This document shows, in pieces, positions 45,386-57,053 of a stretch of DNA of 64,000 nt. Positions within the stretch are counted from its first letter, which is position 1. Every line of letters begins with the position of its first letter. The position numbers were made by a program, and so were the translations under genes. The stretch lies in the NCBI RefSeq assembly GCF_009914755.1, contig NC_060947.1. One strand, given 5' to 3'. The notes beneath the pieces were generated by a model. The model had not been told where the DNA came from. It searched no databases and saw only the letters and a program-made list of their open reading frames with translations. Source of the stretch: the human T2T-CHM13v2.0 reference genome, Homo sapiens.

Positions 45386-45703
45386 CAGGGGATTACAAAC
45401 ATGAGCCACCACACCTAGCCAGGAATGAAGTATTGATCTACACAAAACCTGGAGGAATTGCAAAAAAAAAAATTCTGTTTTGTGGTAGTTTACACACAAC
45501 AGAAATTTATTTCTCACAGTTTTGGCAGCTGGAAGTCCAAGGTCAGGGCACCAGCATGGTGGATGAGGTTGTGGTGAGACCCCTCTTCCAGGTCATAGAC
45601 AGTTACCTTTTCAGTCCTAGCACAGCAGAAGCGAAAAAGCAAGCCCTCCCAGGACCCTTATGAGGGCACGAATCCCATTCAGGATGGGTCCAGCCTCACC
45701 ACC
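45386..45703 (-). other. Templated inverted insertion (inverted copies of ~45781-45872 and 44681-44900)
   Basis: 45484-45703 is the gap-free reverse complement of 44681-44900 (~26 mismatches in 220 by hand count); 45386-~45460 is the reverse complement of ~45800-45872. Confidence 0.85.
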
Positions 45704-45840
45704 ATGTCTATACCTTGTCATTTTAAGAACTGTATATACATGGACTCTTACAGTCTGTTATCTTGTGTTACTGGCTTTTTTCACCTAGCAAATTCTTCAT
45801 GATTCATCCAGGTTTTGTATAGAGCGATAGTTCATTCTTG

Positions 45841-45968
45841 GGTAGGCATGGTGGCTTACATCTGTAACCCCAGGATTTTGGGAGGCCAAGGTGAGAAGAT
45901 CACTTGGGCCCAGGAGTTCCAGATTAGCCTGGGCGATATTGTGAGACCCCATCTCAGACACACACAAA
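45841..45968 (+). mobile_element. Alu left monomer (FLAM_C-like)
   Basis: GGTAGGCATGGTGGCTTAC...GAGACCCCATCTC single arm; TSD-like AG.TCATTC. Confidence 0.85.
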
Positions 45969-46605
45969 AGCTCATTCCATTAAATAATGAGTGGTATTCA
46001 ATGGCGTGAATGTACTGGTTTATTGATATCTTTACCCACTGAAGTGCATCTGGAAGTTTGGACTCTTTTAGTATTCCATTTGACTATTTATTTTGTTATT
46101 TGGATTAAATCTCTCTTGCACCCTCACAAAGACAGTCTCTCATGACATAAGTGTATATGATCTATCATTAATTTACATGTTTGTATTATATATTATGTCC
46201 TTATGACACATGCTTATGCATTTATTCTGTGTTCTTTTACTACCCTACCTATAAAACAGAATCTGTCATTTTCTCCATATGAAAGACAAGGGCACTATAA
46301 CATGTTTACTTCCTCCTCTTCTAAAATTTTAGTTTTCATCTCTGGAAATTGTGTTCAACAGAATTATAGAAAAAATGTTTTCTTCAGGTATTAGAACATT
46401 ATATTCTATGCCTGAATATTCAGGTTCTCCTCTTTTCATTTCAAGCCACTTGATTACTTAACTTCATTTTTTTTTCAAATTGCTTTGAAACATTCCAGCA
46501 TGAAAAATAGGAAAGATAAAAAATGAAGAGGGAAATATTTTAGTCTGTGATTTAATTATGAAGTTGAAAATATCAACAAGGGACTGGATAAGGGCAAATA
46601 TGGAA

Positions 46606-46858
46606 ATATATGTCTCTCTCTGTGTGTGTGTGTGTACCTATATATGTATATAGACATATATATGTGTGTGTGTATACATATATATATGCACACAGAGAGA
46701 GAGACATTTCTGTATTTGCCATATATGCCTATATATATATAGGTATGCACACACATATAGAGACATATTTTATATATATCTCTCTCTCTATATATATATA
46801 TAGAGAGAGAGAGACATATGTGTATATTTACATATATATATATGGAGAGAGAGAGAGT
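46606..46858. repeat. Compound TC/TG/TA/GA microsatellite with palindromic symmetry
   Basis: e.g. TCTCTCTCTC(TA)nGAGAGAGAGA. Confidence 0.9.
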
Positions 46859-47340
46859 TTCGGTTTGGTATTATGATACTTCATTTTGGTTTTCACTTAA
46901 TAAGAGACTGAAGTTAATCACAGACCACTTACCATAATGTGTAATTTCCTTTCTTTTTTTATTGTGATAAAATACATATAACATAAAATTGATGACCTTA
47001 ACAACTTTTACATATACCATTCAGTGACAATAAGTATATTCCTGTTGTTATACAGCCATCATCACCCTCCAACTCCAGAACTTTTAAGTCATACCAAACT
47101 CTGTACCGAGAAACCACAATTCTACATTAAACTCTTCCCAAGCCCATGGCAATTACCATTCTACTTTCTCTATATATAAAGTCAGCTACTCTAAATAACT
47201 CATAGAAGTGGAATTATATAACATTAGTCCTTTTGTGACAGGCTCGTTTCACTTAGTGTGTTTTCAAGGTTCATCCATGTAGTATTATGTGTCACAATTT
47301 CTTTCATTTTAAAAGCTGAATAAGATTCTATTTTATGTAC

Positions 47341-47696
47341 TGATACAATTTGGCTGTGTCCCCACCCACATCTCACCTTGAATTATAATGCTCCCCATGT
47401 GTCAAGGGCAGGGCCAGGTGGAAATATTTGAATCATGGGGGCTGTTTCCCCCATACTGTTCTCGTGGTAGTGAATAAGTCTCATGAGATCTGATGATTTT
47501 ATAAATACGAGTTTCTCTACACAAACTCTTTCTTGCCTGCCACCATATAAGACATGACTGTGCTCCTCCTTGCTTTCTGTCAGGATTGTGAGGCCTCCCC
47601 AGCCATGTGAAACTGTGAGTACATTAGACATCCTTCCTTTATAAATTACCCAGTCTTGGCATGTCTTTATTAGCAGTGTGAGAACAGACTAATACA
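47341..47696 (+). mobile_element. THE1 solo LTR
   Basis: TGATACAATTTGGCTGTGTCCCC...GACTAATACA; TSD TGTAC/TGTAT. Confidence 0.92.
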
Positions 47697-47839
47697 TGTA
47701 TATACTGCATTTTTTTGTCTATTTTTTGCCATTGTACACGGGTTGCTTCCATCTCTTGGGTATTGTGAGTGATGCTGCTATGAGAATTGGTGTAGATATA
47801 TATTTTGAGACTCTGCTTTCAATTTTGTGGGGTATATAC

Positions 47840-48316
47840 GGTCAGGGTTCAGAACCTGAGACCCCCAAATATGGCACCTTAGCATACTGAGTGTTTTAAG
47901 CTGAAGGACATTGAGAAAACCACAGAAAACAGGAAGGTTACTCTGAATTTCTCCCTCCTTCTCTCCCTGAAAATAGGGCACAACACCCTTATTCCACATG
48001 GGTCCTGTCCTGTATCTAGAGGCCAAGAGGAATTTGAATATGAAGCTCTTGCTAAGGTCACCTTAACCCTAACCCTAACCTTCCTTACAATTAGATCATA
48101 CTTTCTTGTTCTGCAATTATACTTCCTGGCTATTCTCTATATAAATACGGGTATTCCTGGGTCTTTGGATCTTACTTCTGAAGGCTCCCATGCTTCATAA
48201 ACTTATATTAAATACATATATATGCTTTTCTCTTGTTAATCTGTCATTTGTCACAGGAGTCTCAACCATGAAAGTTGTGATGGGTAAAAAGCAGATCTTA
48301 CTTTTACTCCCCTTTA
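47840..48316 (+). mobile_element. ERV1 LTR, MER34/MER39 group
   Basis: GGGTTCAGAAC...CCCCAAATATGGCACC...CTGAAGGCTCCCATG; TSD ATAC. Confidence 0.7.
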
Positions 48317-48379
48317 ATACCTGTAAGAGGAATTGCAGGGTTTCATGGTTATTCTATTGCTAAGTTTTTGAGGATCCTC

Positions 48380-49670
48380 TTTCAGGAAGAAAAAAATATC
48401 TTTTTTTCTACACATTCACAGTTTTATGGCTGACGACCTAAAACTGCCTTTGCAAAAATGATAACTGAGACAATTATGACAGTGCAAGAGATCTGACCTA
48501 CCCAACTCCATCTTGCCTCTAAACTCCAAGCTGTCCTTGTTCATTCCTGGGTAGAGGCTGAACTCACTGTGGGAAACATTTAGTTTATAGTCTAACTTTG
48601 AAATAAAGACAATAACAGCCCTTTCCTCAAACAAACTCCCTTCCTGCCTGGGGACTAGACTGCCTTTGCAGGAGTAACAGAGTAGCCACAAGAATAGAAA
48701 CTATAATTTAGGAGTTATGCAGCTGAAGGCTACACGATTGTAAACTTCCCCAGATTGCTCCCGGGGATAACATCACTATTGTCAAACCTAAGATCAGTGC
48801 TTGAGATATTTTACAGACCCTGCACTGGATGGATCAGCTGGCACCACTCAGACTGGTAAACTGACCCATCTGATCTTGTAGCTCCCACCCAGGAACTGAC
48901 TCAGAGCAAGAAGACAGCTTTGATTCCCTATGATTTCATCTCCAACCCAGACAATCAGCTCTCCAGACTCAGTGCCCTCCTACCCACCAAATTGTCTTTA
49001 AAAACTCTGATCCCTGAATTCTCAGGGAGACTGATTTGAGTAATAATAAATCTCCAGTTTCCTGCACAGCCAACTCTGCATGAATTACTCTTTCTCCATT
49101 GCAGTTCCCCTGTCTTGATAAATTGGCTCTGTCTAGGCAGCAGGCAAGGTGAACCCGTTGGGTGGTTACAGTCCCTTTAACAAAGAAAGATTAACAAAAG
49201 AAAAATATACATATTTACTAAATACATGTTTTGTGTGATACAGGAGCCTTCCCAAAGAAATGAAAACTTCTAGAAACTGTTAAACCTGAGTGGTTTTTTA
49301 TAGTAGGTTTGATAGAAAATCGAGTTGTGGGGAGATATAAGAGGATAAAAGGGTCTCATCTAAGATAAGAACCTGTGGGAAACAGTGTGGCCTGTGAGTT
49401 CAGATTCCTCTCTGTGTCCCGTGTCTTCAAAGATAAGAACTTTTTTTTTTTTTTATGTGTGTTGGGAGGGCACCTCTCTCTTGAGGGCCTATGACCAGCT
49501 TCAGGGAGGGTCAGAAAATCCTTCCTAGGTTTTAGGACCACCTCAGAGAAGTAGGGTGGGGACATGTCAGAGGCACTTTCTTGCTTCTGTGGTTTTCTCA
49601 AATTTCTTTAGCTTAAAATACGCTGTATGTCAAGGTGCCGTATTTTAAGGTCCCCATATATGAGCCCCAC
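48380..49670 (-). mobile_element. ERV1 LTR, MER34/MER39 group, with a nested LTR8
   Basis: Minus strand AAAATACGGCACCTTGACAT...TTTAAGCTAAAGAAATTTGAGAAAACCACAG; related to 47840-48316, inverted. Confidence 0.68.
48439..49170 (+). mobile_element. ERV1 solo LTR8
   Basis: TAAAACTGCCTTTGCAAAAATG...GAACCCGTTGGGTGGTTACA; TSD GACC/GTCC. Confidence 0.9.
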
Positions 49671-49707
49671 CACCATTAAACTGTTTTCCATAGCAGCAGC
49701 AGCATTT

Positions 49708-50479
49708 TGGAATGGGAGAGTTCCCTGACCACCTTGTGGGACTTGTGTCACGGTTGTGGCTTGTTTGCTTGGCCTCTGCACTCTCAAACTCCTTACAAGG
49801 GCGGTGGGGGGCAGCACGCAGACAGGCAGGTGCAGGAGCTGGGGCGAGTGCTTATGGGCTCCAGCCCCACAGTAGCACCTAGGGGTGTGTTATAATTAAT
49901 AGTCTTTTCTCAGTTGTCCTCCGTGGATGGCTAAGTGTTAAACCAGGTCAGTAGAGAGTCAGGGTGATAGCCTTTTACACCCTGCCTTCTTGGTACCCAA
50001 GTCCTTGTCTGGCATCCAGGGAGAATCTGGTCACATAGACTTAAAGGATGGTGAATGAAGGGATTTTATTGAGTGTTGGAGGTGGTTTTCAGAGGGATGG
50101 ATGGGGAGCTGGAAAGGGGATAGAGTGCGAAGATGATCTTCTCCTGGAGTTCTGTCATCCCATGGCCAATCACCTCTCTGACCGTCCCCAGCTCAATTCC
50201 TCTCAATGTTCAAATGCTCCTTTTCTTCTCTCCTTCTCTGCTGTGCTGCTGTGCTATTCTGCTTCTCTTTTGTTCCTCTGACTGTGGACCTTGGGGTTTA
50301 TATGGGCACAGGATAAGGGCATGACAGGCCCGAGTGGTTTTGGGAAAAGCAACATTTGGGCACAAAAACAGGAATGCCTGTTCCCATTTAGGGCCACACA
50401 TTTCCAGTCTTGAGGGTGGGGCCTTTTCTGGGGAACCACTCTCTTCTACCCAGTATTTCCCTGCCTTCTGTCTGTATCA
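49708..50479 (-). mobile_element. ERV1 solo LTR1 family
   Basis: Homologous to 20875-21613; perfect TSD ATTT. Confidence 0.88.
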
Positions 50480-51640
50480 ATTTTAATTTCTCCCAGCAAC
50501 GCACATGGTTCCAGTTTCTCCAGCTCCTCACAAACACTGGTTATTTTCTGTGCTTGTGTTTTGATAATCGGGTGTAAAGTGGTGTCTCACTGTGGATTTG
50601 ATTTGCAGTTCCCTCAGGATCAATGATGTTGAGCATCTTTTCATGTGCTGATTGGACATCTAGATATTATATCCTTTGCAGAAACGTGTATCCAAGTTTT
50701 ATGCCATTTTACTTCATGCTTCTTGAAACAAGACACGCAGGCACATTTTATTCATCTGTAATGCAAGGACTCATATATTTTGTGAAGCACCTCCAATTTG
50801 GTTTAACTTTATGTATATTCCTTAACCTCTCATTTCTGCAGTGCTGTTGTGCTGCCACCAGATGTCTGTGCAGAGTGCAGGTCAGTTAACACGTTATCAC
50901 TTGCAAGTGAATTGTTAGTACCAGGCCACCAGGGCTGAATTTCTCTGTGAATGCTACTAAAGAAACATGGAACGACTTCTGAGGGACTCGTTAAGAAGGC
51001 CTTGCAATTGATTTTTCATATGCATGTTCATATTAACAATAACGTCTACTATTCCTCAATATAGTTTTTAGTCTTTGTTGCAGCAAAAACTATGTGATGA
51101 GTGTTTGCCCATTACCTTTTACAGTGAACATATTTTAACTTATGAAGGCGGCTCCGTTAATGCATGACATCTTCAGGCAACAGTACAGAAAAATAACAGC
51201 AAGAACCTCACAAATTCAGTATGTTCTATTTCTTTATGTTGAACTTGGAAAATTTCATATAGACTGGTGCATCTACAGTGTTAAATGGAAGACTGCAAGT
51301 TAAAATTGGTTCATTTATTACATCTCTTACATTCCTGTGGGATGATAGATTAATTATGAAAAGATTATTTATTTCTTATTATTAATGAGCACTAGTGATT
51401 TTTTTACGTTTAAAAAATCTATAATCTACTGTTACTTTCCTCCTCACCCTTTCCCGAGAATAAAATTCCCTAGAATGAAATAGGAGAAACTAAATACTGC
51501 TCTGGTGAATAAGGAAAGCAATTTCCACATAAATGTAGAAAAAAAACTGATATACATTTCTTCATTAATCACTATTGTATTAGAAAAACTGAATATAAAT
51601 GAATGTTCCCAAAATCCTTAACCATGCCAAGGATACAGCT

Positions 51641-51641
<1 letters not shown>

Positions 51642-51671
<30 letters not shown>
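51642..51671. repeat. Poly(A) run of ~30 nt
   Basis: Direct reading. Confidence 0.95.
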
Positions 51672-51680
<9 letters not shown>

Positions 51681-52528
51681 GTGAGCAAATAAAATGTAAA
51701 ACTAACAGGTGTCTCCAGATATAAGTTGCAGGATTAAACTTGCCATGGAGTCATGACAAATATTTTCCTTAGTGTTTGGAATAACATGAACCCTTTCAAA
51801 CTCCAGCCTTGCTTTCCAAGAATGAAAATGATAGAGTTGCTTCAAAATGTTAAAGAAAGCTAAAGTGTACTTCTAGGGATAGTTAGTACCATTCCCTATG
51901 GTCAACAAATGTATACAGTATAATTCAAGTTAGGGAGTCACACTGATTTCAGTAACAAAACTATGCTATAATAGATATCCTATCTGAAACATAATTTCTG
52001 CTATAATATATAATATCTGAGGACTCCTTTGGAAATATAAGCCTAGTCTTCACTCTCCCTTGAAATCATGGAATGGATTTGGCTTTCCCACCATTGGATT
52101 TTATAATTTTATGTCTTGCGTTTACTCAATGTTTATGGAGTTCTACTAGCACAAATACTATGTTTTTAGTAATGTTTTGTTCAAATCCAGTGATGCGAAG
52201 AATTGGGTTATACTGATCTCCTTCCTGTATGGGCAATATTTGGGGACCACAAAAGTTCTAGCACTCCTCACAAATGCTTGAAATAAAACCATTTGAAACT
52301 TAATATAGCCTACAATGTAAATCAAGCTAAGGATTATTATTTTGGCCCTTGAGGGGCAGGTTGAAACCATATTAACAAAAAGAACAGCTCTCTCCACAGC
52401 AGCAAGGTGATTTAAAACTTGAGATTGGTTGCAGTACATACCAAGAATGAAAGTTTTGTTCAGTTCAATGCCATTTTGTGTGTACTCGAGAAGAATAATA
52501 AGAAACAAATTAAATTTCGAGAAGCATA

Positions 52529-53547
52529 TGTTGGGACTCAGAAAAAAAGTATCCCAAAATGAAGGCCTCAGAAGAAGTCTCAGAAGCAAAAGTTTCTTTC
52601 TGACCTTCTCCTTCTGTATTAGTCTGTTCTCACACTGTTAATAAAGACATACCCAAGACTGGGTAATTTATAAAAGAAAGAGGTTTAATGAACTCACAGT
52701 TCCACAGGGCTGGGGAGGCCTCACAATCATGGCAGAAGGCAATGCAGGAGCAAAGGCACATCTTACATGGTGGCAGGCAAGAGAGTGTGTGTAGGGGAAC
52801 TCCCTTTTATAAAACCATTAGCTCTCCTGAGACTTATTCACTATCACAAGAACAACATGGGAAAGACCTGCCCCCCATGATTCAATTACCTCCCACCAGG
52901 TCCTTCCCATGACACATGAAAATTATGGGAGCTACCATTCAAGATGAGATTTGTGTAGGGGCACAGCCAAACCATGTCACCTTCCCTCCTGTCTCTCAGT
53001 CCCACTCTCCCCCAAGGCACCATAGAAACAAGAATCCATCTTTCCTTCCCCTTCCCCAGATTTTAGAAACCAAAACCCCTTTTCCCCAAAGTCAGCATAA
53101 AATCTAAAATTCTGGCTATAACTTTCCCACTGATTTTCTGTGTAAAAACTGGCTATAAAAAATTCCCTGACCTACTTTGTTTGCCTCTGGGTCCTAGCAC
53201 TCCCATTCCAGAGAGGGCCCTGCCTCACACCCAGAAGGAAGAAACACTGCTCAGAAAGGCCAAGAAGAATCTAGACAGACAGTCCTGGCTGGGTTTCCCC
53301 ACTCAATCCACTAGCTTTAGATCAGGTCCCTTTAGTCTAATATTATTTCTACATGGTTATCCATAGTTTGTTGAACCTAAGCATAAAAATGGACAGTTTC
53401 CCCCATATCGTTGGGTCTTCCTTCTGAAGGCTCCCATGTACACATTAAATAAATTTGCATGCCTTTTCTCCTATTAACCAGTCTTTTCTCAGTAACCTTC
53501 AGGGAAACTTCAGAGGGTGAAGGGGAAGTTTTTTCTTGGCCCCAACA
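52529..53547 (+). mobile_element. MER39 ERV1 LTR with a nested THE1
   Basis: TGTTGGGACTCAGAAAA...CCCAAAATGAAGGCCTCAGAAG...TTGGCCCCAACA. Confidence 0.82.
52615..52979 (-). mobile_element. THE1 (C-like) solo LTR
   Basis: TGTATTAGTCTG...AAACCATGTCA; perfect TSD CCTTC. Confidence 0.93.
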
Positions 53548-54559
53548 AACACACAGCACTCTATTGCTTTGTATAATTGAATAAAATATAATCACATAAA
53601 ATAAAGAGAGAAACTTCAGAAACTAGAAGGAGATTTGAGCAGTGTGCTTGGAAAAAAAAAAAAAGAGGTTGCAGTCACCCATGTTTGAATAATTAGGGAA
53701 GTGAGACATTTAGAGAGGAAGGCTAGAAAGCATTTTTGAGTCGCTTGTCAGGTAATTCATCTGCATTTCCTCTTAAAGGCTTCAGTAAGAATCTACATAG
53801 TTCATCAATCTCTTTGGAGTTTAATGTTATTTAATTAATTTATTTATTTTGCCCCTGGTTAAAATGACTGCAATGAGTCATACTTGAGTAGGTGACATTT
53901 TTTGCCCAGGTTACAGCAAAAGGAGGAGTTATTTATGTTTCCTGGACAAAAAAAAAATCACAAGGAAATCAACCTCCCCATTTTCAGGAGAGGTAAGGAC
54001 CTCTTGGCTTGCTCATGGGGCTGGAGGGAAGGCTAATTTTGAATCAGAGAACTCACCCACTCACATTTTCTTCTACACATAGGAACACAGCCACATTTTC
54101 TCTTTCAAAATCTTTAAAGCTGCATGAAGGAAGGCATAAAAGCATGAATTGGTGGAGGTCACAAGACCAATGAAAAGACAGGGGATCTGAACAGTTTTCT
54201 CTGGTAATGAAAAGGGGCTATTTGGGGGCTTGTCAGAGGGAATACTAGAAACATAATGATTTCAAGAAGCCAGAGGAAGCTAACTCCCAATGCTGGAATC
54301 CCTCCTTCCCAAAGAATTCCAGGATTTCACTTCTGCCCTTCAACTGATGACAGCAATCAATCAACACAAGAAGACCTTGACTTTAGATTTTCTATAGGGA
54401 CCTTCCCTCTGAATGCTGTTAGATACTTCAGAACAACAACAACAGAAACACAAATAAATTTGCCTTTATCATCTGCTGGTGCATGACATGTTTGTTTTGG
54501 ACATCCAGGAAAAGCTGAAGATACTTAGGAATTTAGTATTTCTCAATATTCTGAGGGGC

Positions 54560-55590
54560 ATAGCGGAGAAAGGAAAATTTCCCCCTTGCCCTCAGAAGGT
54601 CGGCTGAAAAATCAACTCATAAAAGGCAGATTAATTGGAGAAAAGGCAAACATATTTATTTGATTATAGTTTTAGGTGACGTGAGAGGCTTCAGAATGAA
54701 GACTCAACTCCTCAGTGAGGTGCAGAAACTTATACTACCATACTGAGGTTACAGAAAGAGTGGGGGCTTGTGTCCTGGCAAAACAGGTTATAGGAGCAGG
54801 GAGAGAAGAGGAATTCTGTTGAGATGTAATGAATGATTAATTACTAGGGATAATTCAGTGGCTTGAAGAATACACAATGGCTTGGGACAAAGTCTGTTGG
54901 GACTGCAGAGAGGACAGAGGTTTGTGACAAAAGTCCATCCATGTGCATTGACAGATTTCAGTGTTTCATCCTGCAGTATGGGTTCGGTTAATCCAACCTC
55001 AGAGAAGGGACTGGAGGTCATTGTTTTCTTCTTTGGCAGGTGTGGCTTTTAGGCAAAGATACAGTTTGGCTGTGTCCCCAGCCAAATCTCATGTTGAATT
55101 GTAAGCTTCAGCATTGGAGGAGGGACCTGGTGGGAGGTGATTGGATCAAGGGGGAGGACTTTACCCTTGCTCTTCTCATGACAAAGTTCTCAAGAGATCT
55201 GAGTGTTTGAAAGTGTGTAGCACTCTCGCCTTTGCGCATGCTCTCTCTCTCTCCTGCTCTGCCATATAAGACATGCCTGCTTCTCCTTTGCCTTCTGCCA
55301 TAATTGTAAGTTCCCTGAGGCCTCCCCAGCCATGCTTCTTGCACAGCCTGCAGAACGGAGAGTCAATTAAATGCCTTTTCTTTATAAATTACCCAGTCTC
55401 AGGTAGTTCCTCATAGCAATGTGAGAACAGACTAATACAAGCAAATAAGGGAATTCAGAGAACAACTTCATCCTGTGCTTTAGGAGAGCTGGTGGAGTAT
55501 GGGCGGGAGGTGAGAGAGAACATGAGGCTCCTTTTTCAGTTTAGCATGCACAAAGTATCATATTTTTATGTTAATTTCTGAGCCCTGTGA
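54560..55590 (-). mobile_element. ERV1 MER4-group LTR (LTR48/MER39-related) with a nested MST
   Basis: TTTCCCCCTTGCCCTCAGAAGG...AGATTAATTGGAGAAAAGGC...TTTCTGAGCCC. Confidence 0.6.
55057..55439 (+). mobile_element. MSTA-like solo LTR
   Basis: GATACAGTTTGGCTGTGTCCCC...TGTAAGTTCCCTGAGGCC...GACTAATACA; TSD GGCAA/AGCAA. Confidence 0.9.
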
Positions 55591-56654
55591 GAGGATATCC
55601 CAGAGGAAATGAGGGTGAAAGAACTCAGTGTCTTTCTGAAGAGCTTCAAACAACATAGCGACCCCTACGAGTGGATGTAGAGGGGTTCACAAGACACAAG
55701 TAGAAAAGATAACTCTGCAGATGGTGATAAGAATGAATTACCTCCTCTTACACACAACCCTTCTTCACCATGGTCCCTCCTAGAGGCAGACATGAAGAAG
55801 CACTGCTAAACACAATAAATACTGCATTTACACTTGCAGCAACTATTCCGTGATCCATGTTTGGTTAAACCTGGTTGTAGCTGTGGCCATTGACATATGT
55901 CTGCCTGCAATATCAACTATTTTTGACCAGTGGGTACCACTGAAAATTTTGTAAACAAGAAAAGCCTGTAGATTTGCTTCCTGAAGGAAACAGAGCAGGC
56001 ATTGCTATTTATGAAGGAACATGCTCCTGAAATTCAGGCGAGTCACAGGATCCACTTCCAGTATCTAAAATCACAATACCCAGGATGAGTGAGGGCATAA
56101 GAGAAGGTTTGGGTGGGCTCAACCCAAGTGAGCCTTTATACGAGGATGTGTTTAGTGTATACACACTCTGATACGTATACTTTTATCCTTTAGGGATATA
56201 GGAGTAGGCTCCTTCCTGCAGAGATACAGGACTAGCCTACTTCCTGCAAGTTGACTACATGCCATCGGTTAGACCCTGTGATGCAACAGACCCTCTCCAC
56301 TTGACATCTAGATGCACTGTGCTCTGCTCCAGAAGGTAAGCCTTCATTTATCTTGTGTCTGGCATCTTCCTCTATATCCCTTGACCTAGTTTTGGGGGGA
56401 GGCATTTCACAAATGAAGGACAGGCGAAGACCACCAGCTCAGCCACTGCCTAATTTGTTGAATAGAGAAGCAGCTTGGAATATTTGATTGTTTATTTCTT
56501 TACAATACATGCCAGAAATATAAATTACATAAGTAACTGGAGTTCTTTTCAATGGATAGAAGAGACAAAAAATAGCTATTCCTTAGCAACCGGAAATGAG
56601 GATAAGAAGTTATCCTTAAAGTTGTAAATCACTATTCCGTGGGGGGAATAAAAG

Positions 56655-57053
56655 GGAACGAAGATAAAAAAAGAAAGGAAAGAAGAAAGGAGGAAAGAAA
56701 TGAAGAAAGGAAGGAAGGAAGGCGGAAGGAAGAAAGAGAAGAAGGAAGCAACAGAGAAAAAATATGAGAAAGGAAGAACAGGAAGGAAGAGAGGAAGAAA
56801 GAAAAAAGAAAGAAACCACAAGGAAGAAATGAAAAATAAAAGGTGAAGGGAGGGAGGGAGGAAGAAAGGAAGGAAGGAGAAAGAGAAAAAGAAGAAAGGG
56901 AATGGAGAGAGGGAGGAAGAAAGACAGAAAAAAGAAAGGAAAAAAAGGTAGAAAGAACAAATGAAAGGAGGAAGGGAGGCAGGAAAAATAGAAAGAAAGA
57001 AAGACAAAGGAAGAGAAAGAGAAAGAAACAAAGAAAAGAAAGGAAGGAAGGAA
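56655..57053. repeat. Polypurine (GAAA/GGAA) low-complexity tract, ~400 bp
   Basis: Almost exclusively A/G on the + strand. Confidence 0.95.

Larger units (their letters stand above)
44428..46070 (-). mobile_element. L1MC1/2-like 3' end, fragmented by MLT1A, THE1, a templated insert and a FLAM
   Basis: TTTATTTTGAAATAATGGTAGAATTCACATGCAGTTGTAAGAAA; CATCAAGATATGGAAC; GATTCATCCAGGTT. Confidence 0.75.
46950..50700 (-). mobile_element. L1MB-like 3' region carrying five LTR insertions
   Basis: TTTTATTGTGATAAAATACATATAACATAAAATT...; collinear segments resume after each insert, ending GATGTTGAGCATCTTTTCATGTGC. Confidence 0.8.

Noticed and set aside
52158-52589. 143-aa minus-strand ORF
   Set aside because: No recognisable domain, non-ATG start, begins inside the MER39 LTR
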